A DNA stretch of 64,000 nucleotides, taken from Octopus vulgaris (Eukaryota). Below are positions 53,590 to 64,000 of this stretch, piece by piece. The notes under the pieces were generated by a model. That model did no database searches and was not told where the DNA came from. It was given only the letters and a program-made list of their open reading frames with translations. A program made the translations under genes and the position numbers. The stretch covers positions 48,174,001-48,238,000 of the forward strand of contig OX597832.1 of NCBI GenBank assembly GCA_951406725.2, written 5' to 3'. Position 1 is the stretch's first letter, and each line of letters opens with the position of its first letter.

Positions 53590-53800
53590 GGCGAGCTGGC
53601 AGAATCGTTAGCACGCCGGGCAAAATGTTTAGCGGTATTTCTTCCGTCTTTACGTTCTGAGTTCAAATTCCGTCGAGGTCGACTTTGCATTTTATCTTTT
53701 CGGAGGTTGATAAATTAAGTACCTGTTGGTCACTGATGGCTATATAATCGACTTAACCCCTTCCTCGAACTTGTCGGCCAATGTGCCAAAGTTTAAAACC
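53590..53800 (+). mobile_element. SINE A2
   Basis: Family match. Confidence 0.8.
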
Positions 53801-54064
53801 ATTATTAGTAATAGGGCAGATACGAATCCAAAGACCTAGTCTTCAATGCCAAGATACTGCTAAAGTAAAGTGATAATGGTCCAAAACGAATATCGAATCA
53901 TATACTACTCCCTGCATCATTAAAAAAAAATGATAATAAAATAAAATAAAACGCCCCAGAAACTCACACTTTTTTTTTGGTTTTCTATCTTAATATTAGT
54001 TTTTTTTCGTCACTAAGAACTGAAAGCTTATGATTTCATGTTCATATTACCAGCGTTTTATTGT

Positions 54065-54295
54065 ATCATCGTCATCGTAATCATCATCGTCGTCGTCGTT
54101 GTCATCATCATCATCATCATCATCACTACAGTCATTACCATCATCATCATTACCAACACCACCAACACCACCAACACCACCATCACCATCATCATCATCA
54201 TCATCATCTTCCTCCTCCTCCTCCTCATCATCATCATCATCATATCATCATCATCATCATCATCGCCATTAACATCACCAGTGCCACCACTATTT

Positions 54296-54334
<39 letters not shown>

Positions 54335-54545
54335 GCATCATCGTCATTGACAACACCAGCAGCACTATCACCACCACCACCACCACCACCACCACCACCA
54401 CCACCACCACCACCCCCACCACCATCACCACAACCACCACCATCACCACCGCAATCATCATCATGATCATTATGATCATTAGCCTCATTAACGCATTCCT
54501 GATCATGATCATCATCTTTATTATCATCATCATCATCATCATCAC
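54065..54545. repeat. Compound (CAT/CAC/TAC) trinucleotide region
   Basis: Direct reading. Confidence 0.93.
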
Positions 54546-55103
54546 CCCATCTGTTCCTGTTCAAACTCCCCCTCCTTCTCCTCCTCTTCCTCCCTTCCTC
54601 CCTCCTTTCTCCTCTCCTCCCACCATCTCATATTTCTCCCCGCACTCCCACCATCTCATATTTCTCTTACAAGCAATATGAAATAGCTCATCTTTGAGAG
54701 AGAACTGTAATATCTCGAAGATGGTTTTTTATTTCACGGAATCTTTGGCATTTTGCCCCAAACCATTAAGATAATTCTGTTTTCTGCTGGTTTTCAATTT
54801 CTTCTGGAACTTGGTATATTTCAATGTAACACTATTTTTATTATATTATATCGCATATTTTCTATTTACTTCACATGTTTTTCATCCCCACACACTCACA
54901 TACACACACACACACTCAGTCCCTACCTATATACACACTGCACATATAAATATACACACATGTCTACATATATAATTCAAAACTACAAACTATGGATATT
55001 GTGGGTACTAGTAGGAATACACACGCATATGTATATATGTGTGTATATATATATATGTATATAAACATGCATACATAGATGGATACGTTCATATGCATGT
55101 GTC

Positions 55104-55152
<49 letters not shown>

Positions 55153-55155
<3 letters not shown>

Positions 55156-55369
55156 TATAACCTAGGGTATCTACGAGATACCGCCATGCTGAAAATAGCA
55201 GCCGCGATCTGACTCTAAAACCACCTTAAGTGTTCATATAGCACAAGTAGAGAAGACAAAAAGACAAAATAAAACTAGTAAAAAATTACTGGATAATTCC
55301 AGATCCCGGATTTCTGGCTTTGCATTTAAAAATTGCTTTGCCTCATCAGTGGAATATGTGCAGAGAGAA

Positions 55370-55372
<3 letters not shown>
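55153..55372 (-). mobile_element. Family H element between (TA)n tracts, carrying a hammerhead
   Basis: Homologous to 62434-62634. Confidence 0.75.
55296..55355 (-). ncRNA. Type I hammerhead ribozyme fold (AUC cleavage triplet)
   Basis: ATTCCA-CTGATGA-GGC AAA GCA..TGC AAA GCC-A-GAAA-TCC G GGA-TC-TGGAAT; stem I 6 bp. Confidence 0.75.
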
Positions 55373-55439
<67 letters not shown>

Positions 55440-55598
55440 CAACATACGAATACTTGCATATACGAACGTATACATACATATATATGCACGCATGAATCAT
55501 GACCAGTTTAAAAAAATACCCACTTCTTAATTCCATGTGCGATATGGTTAAAACATCACCGCAGATCGTTATTTAATTTAAATTAACGATCTTATCTT

Positions 55599-55817
<219 letters not shown>

Positions 55818-55855
55818 TTTTTTGTCGGGAAATCTGTATAGCACAGATGCGTTTG

Positions 55856-55972
55856 TGGAGGCGCAATGGCCCAGTGGTTAGGGTAGCGGACTCGCGGTCG
55901 GAGGATGGCGGTTTCGATTCCCAGACCGGGCGTTGTGTGTTTATTGAACGAAAACACCTAAAAGCTCCACGC
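55856..55972 (+). mobile_element. SINE C head fragment
   Basis: GTGGAGGCGCAATGGCCCAGTGGTTAGGG. Confidence 0.8.
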
Positions 55973-56105
55973 GCACAATTTTATAGTTGATTTTAACCGA
56001 GAAACTTATGGGACGATCTATACATGGGGCAAATCTAATTTTTTTACTTTTACCTCTTTCAGTTATTAGACTGGTCATACTGGGACACCACCTTCCAAAA
56101 ATGGG

Positions 56106-56226
56106 ATGCTTACAGCGCCTAGGTTTCCCAAGCGGTCACCCATCAAAGTACTAACTAGGCTCGACTATGCTTAACTTCGGTGATCGGACGAGGACCGGTT
56201 CATTCAACGTGATATAGCCACTATGA
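56106..56226 (-). pseudogene. Dispersed 5S rRNA-derived sequence (pseudogene or SINE3 head)
   Basis: Minus strand ...CTCGTCCGATCACCGAAGTTAAGC...GTTAGTACTTTGATGGGTGACCGCTTGGGAA...CTGTAAGC; A and C boxes recognisable, several substitutions. Confidence 0.9.
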
Positions 56227-56711
56227 ATGGGAAAGAATGTACCAAAATCGAATGCTAAATTAGGGGTGCAACTTAGACACGAGTAAATACGGCATTTCCA
56301 TAACAATCAAGACATCGAGAAAGCTTCCACGTAGTCTGTCGATCTGCTATGAGTAAGAGTAAATTCTCCTTCAAATTGCAATCTGCACCGTTCCTAAAAT
56401 GCATAATAAGATTGGATACATTATGTAATGAGGAATGTTGGCATTCATGAATTTTGAAAAGCCGGGTTAGACACAGTTGGAAAGCTTTTGAAAATAAGTC
56501 GGCTCAATTAGACTTGACTTGGATCTTAACAACAACAACAACAAAAACAACAACAACAACAATAGCAACAGCAGCAATAACAACAGCAACAGCAACAACA
56601 ACAACAAAACAACAACAGCAGCTATTATTGTTGCTGTTCAAAGCCAAATTTCACATCGTCATCATTATCATAATTAACAAAACCAACACCAGTAACAGCA
56701 GCGATACCACC

Positions 56712-56743
<32 letters not shown>

Positions 56744-56863
56744 CAGCAATAACAGTATAGAACTTAAAATGAAGTTATTTCACGGTCGCTTGCCTACATT
56801 AAAAAATAGCCGGGTCTTCCTCAAAATCACACCGCTCTACTACTTTCTTTTCATTTTTTTTAA

Positions 56864-57014
56864 GCGCAGGAGTGGCTGTGTGGTAAGTAGCTTGCTTACG
56901 AACCACATGGTTCCGGGTTCAGTCCCACTGCGTGGCACCTTGGGCAAGTGTCTTCTACTATAGCCTCGGGCCTTGTGAGTGGATTTAGTAGACGGAATCC
57001 GAAAGAAGCCCACC

Positions 57015-57088
<74 letters not shown>

Positions 57089-57099
57089 ATATGTATCAT

Positions 57100-57162
<63 letters not shown>

Positions 57163-57385
57163 GTATACATATGATTGTGTGTCTGTGTTTGTCCCCCCAA
57201 CATCACTTGACAACCGATGCTGGTGTATTTACGTCCCCGTAACTTAGCGGTTTGGCAAAAGAGACCGATAGAATAAGTACTAGGCTTACAAAGAATAAGT
57301 CCTGGGGTCGATTTGGTCGACTAAAAGCGGTGCTCCAGCATGGCCACGCTCAAATGACTGAAACAAGTAAAAGAGTAAAAAAGTA
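56864..57385 (+). mobile_element. SINE B
   Basis: Family match. Confidence 0.85.
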
Positions 57386-57521
57386 ATATAGTTCTTGATA
57401 AACTGTGTCTTAAAAAAACAAAAACAAAAACAAAAACAAGACAGAACAATCGGGTTGCAGCACAATTATCACAAACTTGCTTAAGCTGAACTGATCTCGG
57501 GGCTACTCAACAGCAACAACA

Positions 57522-57909
57522 GTGGAGGCACAATGGCCCAGTGGTTAGGGCAGCGGACTCGCGGTTGGAGGATCGCGGTTTCGATTCCAAGACCGGGCGC
57601 TGTGTGTGTTTATTGCGCGAAAACACCTAAAGTTCTACGAGGCTCCGGCAGGGGGTGGGTGGCGACCCCTGTTGTTACTCTTTCGCTCCAGCTTTCTCTC
57701 ACTCTTTCTTCCTGTTTCTTGTCCCCCGACTTCCTACGCAACCGCTGAGCCTGGATGCGCATTCATCCATCCGTCGATGCTCTCGGTGTCGGGGGTTGAC
57801 CTGCTTTCTCTTCTGCGGGTCTTACGAATAGCAAAAGGACCACGTTTCGGACTTCTCCCACTACAGAGGCGCGATCTTGCGAGCTCTGGGACGAAGACCA
57901 CTACGCTCG
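57522..57909 (+). mobile_element. Full-length SINE C with its own about 190-bp tail
   Basis: 16-bp TSD CTCAACAGCAACAACA at 57506-57521 and 57910-57925. Confidence 0.88.
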
Positions 57910-58969
57910 CTCAACAGCAACAACAACAACAACAACAAAACTCTAGCAAAAACTACTCATTATAGTTGCAGCAACGAGAACTGCAATAAAAACTGCTCTA
58001 ACTACAACAACAATTTTTGACAAAAACTACTCCAACAACAACAACTCCTACCCAACTACAAAGACTACAATATCAACGACACCAGCGGAAAGCTGTCGGT
58101 TATGGAAGAAAACCGCCTCAGATTCTTTATAGAAAGAGAAAATTAGCGAAGCGAGGCCGAGTTACAATGGATTCTAGTTGCATAGTTAAGGTTGCATAGT
58201 CAAATATAAGCAAAGTATTCAGTTACAAAAAATTCAGTTGCTTTTTTTTTTTCCAAACAAACAAACCCATTGTTCTTATACAGACTAGAAAGACGACATA
58301 GTGTATCTGATATAGACTCGACAAACAGATAGGTTTTCACATCCCGATCGCCAGTTTGAGCGAATTTTTAACACGACACTCTTTTAAATAGACACCGGAG
58401 CGTGACATTCGACGCAGTAATTGTTAGTAAACAGGCAAGTTATGGTCGAGATTTTGAGGTCAGTATTTATTCTGTAATCGTTGTGGTTATGGTTGTTATC
58501 GTTATACAGCCTGTAGCTAGTCTTGGCCGAGTAGACTTAGTACGAAAAGTATCGATTCTCTAATTACCCTGTGTAACACGATTTTTGTTCGTGGGTAGCA
58601 AATGTTATTTCCTATTTGCTTACCCACTAGAAAGTATGAAAAATAGCTAATATTTTCTTCAACCTTTGCTTTTGTTACATTTATTGAAGCCCCAAAGAAC
58701 CCGTCTCAACACAAGGCTATGATGCTTTCCCACTACTTTTGCTCATGATCAGAGATGCACATACTGTCAGCCACTAAAGTACGCGCTCAACTGGTTATGG
58801 CCAAGCAACTGACAGGCAAATCTATGGTATTGAGTAGAATATTTGCTATAATGATATTTCTGCGTCAGCAACTCAGCGCTGAATCTGTCTGAAATGTAAT
58901 GGAAAACCGGTCAGTTTCAGAACATTGATGTCAAGGTCACAAAAGCAGTTTAGAGGGAATAGTTGTCAT

Positions 58970-59346
58970 GTGGGTAGACCGATCTTACGTTACAAAGATG
59001 TTTGCAAAAGGGACATGAAGGCTTGCAACATCAATATTAGCGGTTGGGAGGCAGTTGCCGGCAACCGTGGAGAATGGCGACGTACCGTAAAAGAGGGAAT
59101 ACAAAGGAGTGACAGAGAGAGAGAGGAGAAATGGAAAGAAAGGAAGAGACGTCAACAAGAGACTATGGCACTACAACCAGCCAGGAACAGTCTTCGCTAC
59201 ATTTGCGGTACCTGCCAGAGGGAGTGTTTTCCAGGATAGGACTACACAGCCACAGCAGGAAATGTATCAGGACATGAAATATAAAAGCCGGACTACACTA
59301 CTTTGTGCGCAACTCCATTGTCTCCCGAGACAGAAAGGATGCCAAC
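58970..59346 (+). mobile_element. RTE-type LINE 3' fragment flanked by 115-bp direct repeats
   Basis: GRPILRYKDVCKRDMK...WE..A.NR..WR...ICGTCQREC..RIGLHSH; repeats at 58855-58969 and 59347-59461. Confidence 0.9.
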
Positions 59347-59670
59347 TATTTCTGCGTCAGCAACTCAGCGCTGAATCTGTCTGAAATGTAATGGAAAATC
59401 GGTCAGTTTTAGAACATTGATGTCAAGGTCACAAAGGCAGTTTAGAGGGAATAGTAGTCATTTAATTTGATTTCTAGATAGCAAGAAATAGGAAATAACA
59501 CTAGCCAAAGAAAAATAAAATAAAATTATAAAATCGTTACAGTGTTATCTCGCCATTTTCTCGAGCGTCACCTTTTGTCTGTACTTTCGTATTTACTGAG
59601 TCTTCAGTCAGTTTGACGATCAAAATTAAGTTTCCGATCAACTAGATTACCTACACCTTAAATTAACGTC

Positions 59671-59800
59671 TACCGTAAATCTTCGAGTATAGACCGCCCT
59701 TGAGTATAATACGCAGGGGATTTTTAGGGGGCTGTACCTCTGAAAAACCTAAGCCTTGTGTATAATACGCACCCCTTCTCTAACTTGAGTCGTGCGTAAT
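59671..59800. mobile_element. Possible Tc2/pogo-like transposon end
   Basis: TA-CCGTAAAT...GAGTATA with subterminal GTATAATACGCA repeats; a similar reverse-orientation end lies at 56262-56293. Confidence 0.45.
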
Positions 59801-60213
59801 TAAGCCAGTATCACCTAGTCGAATAAACACTTCTGCACATGCGTAATACAATAATGATGATGTTCTTAACTGTTATATGGGAATGTAAATATGTTTGCAA
59901 ATTGTTTTGTTATATGTTATTCAGTGTTCTGAATACTTTTATTTTAATAAATGTTGCTTACTGCAAGTTATGGATGATTCTTTTATGACTTCATTGCTTT
60001 CAGGCTTAGCTTAAGGTATTTTCGCACCCGACATCACAAAATGCGTCTGAATAAACATTGCCGGACAGCAAATAGTTCGGCAAAGGAATAAGATAGAATA
60101 AGTACTAGGCTAAGAAAGAAGTCCTTGGGTCAATTTGTTCGACAAAAGCCCTTCAAGGCTGTGCCCCAGCATGGCTGCAGTCAAATGACTGAAACGAGTA
60201 AAGGAATAAAAGA

Positions 60214-60239
<26 letters not shown>

Positions 60240-60245
<6 letters not shown>

Positions 60246-60401
60246 TTTATAGAAGGAGCTTCTACAGGACTAGAACTGTTTCATTCAAAAGAAATCATCA
60301 GGAAGCTAGGTGACAAGAATATTCTTGTCACCTAGCTTCCTGATGATTTCTTTTGAATGAAACAGTTCTAGTCCTGTAGAAGCTCCTTCTATAAAATAAA
60401 T
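60240..60401. repeat. Perfect 162-bp palindrome with no spacer
   Basis: 60240-60320 is the exact reverse complement of 60321-60401. Confidence 0.95.
60334..60384 (+). ncRNA. Type I hammerhead ribozyme fold (GUA triplet); mirror copy on minus strand at 60257-60307
   Basis: AGCTTC-CTGATGA-T TTC TTTT GAA T-GAAA-CAG TTCTAGTC CTG-TA-GAAGCT. Confidence 0.8.
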
Positions 60402-60479
60402 TAATTTACTCTGCTATGTATTGAGTACCTTATTTACTGTGGTTAACCCCGACTCAACCCGGGACCTACATATATATAT

Positions 60480-60519
<40 letters not shown>

Positions 60520-60523
<4 letters not shown>

Positions 60524-60720
60524 GGAAGGTTTACGAAAATAAACAAAAGACGAAAGCAGGTGGAGTACAAACAAACAATTGTATTAGTATGGCGCTCAGG
60601 AATAGAAATAAAACAAATATTTTACGTTTCGAGCCTACGCTCTTCATCAGAAAGATACACAGAAAAGAAATACGGAGAGAAACAAAGAGCGAAAAAAAAT
60701 GCGTGCAGGAGCTAACGATT
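60520..60720 (-). mobile_element. Family F element with intact minimal hammerhead core (60618-60655)
   Basis: TCTTT-CTGATGA-A-GAGC GTAG GCTC-GAAA-CGTA-AAATA; (TA)n on both sides. Confidence 0.8.
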
Positions 60721-60724
60721 CAAC

Positions 60725-60821
<97 letters not shown>

Positions 60822-60889
60822 TTCTTCTTTTTTTTTGTACTTGTTTCAGTCATTTGACTGCGGCCATGCTGGAGCACGGCCTTTAGAGT

Positions 60890-61212
60890 AGTGAAAGAGT
60901 ACAGCAGGGATCACCACCATCCCCTGCCGGAGCCTCGTGGAGCTTTTAGGTGTTTTCGCTCAATAAACACACATAACACCCGGTCTGGGAATCGAAACCG
61001 CGATCCTCCGACCGCAAGTCCGCTGCCCTAACCACTGGGCCATTGCGCCTCCACAGGTGAAAGAGTACAGCAGGGATCACCACCTCCTGCCGGAGCCGCG
61101 TGGAGCTTTTTAGGTGTTTTCGTTCAATAAACACACACAACGCCCGGTCTGGGAATCGAAACCGCGATCCTCCGACCGCAAGTCCGCTGCCCTAACCACT
61201 GGGCCATTGCGT
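60890..61212 (-). mobile_element. SINE C tandem dimer
   Basis: Two about 160-bp copies. Confidence 0.85.
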
Positions 61213-61512
61213 ATATATATATATACACACTTGCCAACTCGAGATTTGTTATCTATTATTTTTATCTTGACGTCAAGAAGTAAACGATCTTAAATGCGGA
61301 ACGAAATCGGATTTCCCTCTCTATCTCTAGTATTACTCATCTGCGGTAAGATTACATCGGTAAAGCTTTAACAAATTTTAATTCGTTGTACAACATGGAT
61401 ATTGCCATAATAATGCAAAGTACAAAAGCGAAACGTAGCTGGTCTTAGACCTACAGTTTCTGTGAACCTAAGTACATATACTAACTATTGCTGCTCCTCG
61501 GGCTAGTTGGAT

Positions 61513-61599
<87 letters not shown>

Positions 61600-61601
<2 letters not shown>

Positions 61602-62029
61602 CTCTTTTACTCTCTTTTACTCTTTTACTTGTTTCAGTCATTTGACTGCGGCCATGCTGGAGCACCGCCTTTTTTTTAAATCGAGCAACTCGACCCCGGG
61701 ACTTATTCTTTGTAAACCATGTACTTATTGTATCGGTCTCTTTTGCCGAACCGCTAAGTGACGGCGACGTAAACACACCAGCATCGGTTGTCAAGCAATG
61801 CTAGGGGGACAAACACAGACACACAAACATACACGAACACACACATATATATATATATATACATATATACGACGGGCTTCTTTAAGTTTCCATCTACCAA
61901 ATCCACTCACAAGCTTTGGTCGGCCCGAAGCTATAGCAGAAGACACTTGCCCAAGGTGCCACGCAGTGGGACTGAACCCGGAACCATGTGGTTGGTAAGC
62001 AAGCTACTTACCACACAGCCACTCCTGCG

Positions 62030-62030
<1 letters not shown>
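61600..62030 (-). mobile_element. SINE B
   Basis: Family match. Confidence 0.85.
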
Positions 62031-62079
<49 letters not shown>

Positions 62080-62337
62080 GGGAAAGTTTACGAAAATAAA
62101 CAAAAGACGAAGGCAGGTGGAGTAAAAACAAACAAATGTATTAGTATAGCGCTCAGGAATAGAAAAAGTCTTTTATGTTTCGAGCTTACGCTCTTCGACA
62201 GAAAGATACACAGAAAAAAACAAGGAGAGAAAAAAATGCGTGTAGGAGCTAGCGATCTATCATGGCGTCCTGACTTCGGACAGTTGTCAGACGCGAGAGG
62301 GACAGTAGGGGAGATAACAGGGTCAAGTGACTTCCAA
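62080..62337 (-). mobile_element. Family F hammerhead element (longest copy)
   Basis: TCTTT-CTGTCGA-A-GAGC GTAA GCTC-GAAA-CATA-AAAGA at 62169-62206. Confidence 0.75.
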
Positions 62338-62352
62338 TATATATATATATAT

Positions 62353-62680
62353 AAAACTATAAATAAGGGTATCTGAGAGATACCACCATGCCGAAACAGC
62401 ACTCAAGACCCCGACTCCAAAAACCACCTTAAATGACGAAGGCAGAGCTTATTAGAAGCAAAGCCAGAAATCCAGGATCTTGAATTATCCAGTAAAATCT
62501 TTTCTGCTAGTTTATTTTGTCTCTCTGTCTTATCTCATGGCGCGATATCAACTTTTAAGGTGGTTTTTGCAGTCGGGGTCTTGACTACTATTTCGGCATG
62601 GTGGTATCTCTCAGATATCCTTATTTATAGTTTTAAATAATTATTACCTTTGTATGGTATTTATTCCCATACTGGCCACT
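62353..62680 (+). mobile_element. Family H element with 81-bp inverted repeat and truncated hammerhead
   Basis: Arms 62353-62433 and 62554-62634; TGACGA-A-GGC..GCC-A-GAAA-TCC A GGA-TC-TTGAA starts immediately at the inversion junction. Confidence 0.75.
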
Positions 62681-62747
62681 TGATAAGATCGATATTTAAA
62701 TATCGATATTATCCTTATGTATGTATGTATATATATATATATATATC

Positions 62748-63247
62748 ATAAATCTCTGAACGAGGTGTAAACAGTAGCTGCACGACAATATGAAGTATAT
62801 TTGCCACTTAAATGTGGCTAACCACTAAGGGTGGATGCTGCTTTAGCTTGTAGCCCCAGGAGAACATCGTCTCCAGCTGGCTATTGACACACTTTCTGTG
62901 CCCTATCGTTATTTGAAAAGGGAAGCCATCCTTCCCATCGTCGACCTGACGTGATACGCACGGATCCGAGTTTCTGGGTATTTACCCGTCGTTAGCGCAC
63001 GGCAATCGCCGGTTTTCGATGCGAAGGGGTCCCAATGCAAATACATATATCCTTTTTCCAGTGACGAAAAGTCACCGATCTCGAAAAAGTGTAAACAAGT
63101 AATAATAAATATCTGAAGCTGGAGGAGGTGTCCTCCTGGGCCTACAAGCTGCAGTAGCATCCACCCTTAAGGGCTAGCCACATTTAAGTGGCAAATATAC
63201 TTCACCATGTCGTGCAGCTACTGTTTATACCTCGATCAGAGATTTAT
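62748..63247. mobile_element. Element with about 131-bp diverged inverted arms between (TA)n tracts
   Basis: Arms 62748-62878 and 63117-63247. Confidence 0.75.
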
Positions 63248-63254
63248 TACTGCT

Positions 63255-63285
<31 letters not shown>

Positions 63286-63444
63286 AACCTCACGCTATAT
63301 ATATGTGTGTGTGTGTGTATGTGTATATGTGTATGTACATATACTCTTTACTCTTTACTCTTTTACTTGTTTCAGTCATATATATATATATGCATGAAGG
63401 TGCGTAGCCTAGTGGATAGTGTGTTGCACTCACAATCACAATAG

Positions 63445-63479
<35 letters not shown>

Positions 63480-63799
63480 GTCATCACCAGTACCATCACT
63501 ATCATGGTCTTCATTATCACCATCTCCATCACCGTCGATACCGTTGTTAAGAGCAAAAACAAGAACAAGAACAAGAACAACAACAACAACAACAACAACA
63601 ATAGCAGCTGCAGCAGGAAGCGGGAATAATCGCTTATCGCATTAATGGCGATTGCACGTCTCGAGCAGGTGAGAACTGTGAATAACCTGAATAGTTTTTT
63701 TTAAATGTATTACAGTCATCGTAGCCGTCATCATCATCATCGTCATCACCATCATCTCCACCAGCACCAGCACCACCACTACCGTCATCATCGTCATCG

Positions 63800-63833
<34 letters not shown>

Positions 63834-63905
63834 TATCATCATCATCGTCGTCATCATCATCATCATCATCATCATCATCAACATCATCGTCGTCATCATC
63901 ATCGT

Positions 63906-63957
<52 letters not shown>

Positions 63958-64000
63958 GTCATCATCATCATCATCATCATCATCGTCGTCATCGTCATCA
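63445..64000. repeat. (CAT)n/(AAC)n trinucleotide region
   Basis: Direct reading. Confidence 0.93.

Noticed and set aside
56106-56226. Functional 5S rRNA gene
   Set aside because: Isolated copy with a diverged 5' end and substitutions; not in a tandem array.

Overview
Repeat-saturated eukaryotic DNA, most likely intronic or intergenic sequence of a coleoid cephalopod (Octopus-like). The assignment is inferred from the tRNA-derived SINE families and the extreme microsatellite load. No host protein-coding exon could be supported; almost all long ORFs are microsatellite artefacts. The window holds four SINE groups (my labels A-D), 3' fragments of RTE-type and Tx1/L1-type LINEs, mariner/Tc1/DD37D transposase relics (one full-length mariner), a GG-terminated MITE with 8-bp TSDs, and a 5S rRNA-derived copy. 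The most notable signals are: (1) at least three unrelated short element families sitting in (TA)n tracts that encode type I hammerhead ribozyme folds, often with tail-to-tail inverted repeats, including a perfect 162-bp palindrome with a hammerhead on each strand (Penelope-like/retrozyme-like system); (2) SINE A inserted as head-plus-185-bp concatemers with a fixed junction, suggesting a multimeric or circular RNA template; (3) giant target-site duplications of about 115 and 245 bp; (4) a 22-bp minisatellite carrying about 17 perfect octamer (ATGCAAAT) sites; (5) a 5S-headed SINE-like chimera. All coordinates were read by eye and may be off by a few bases.
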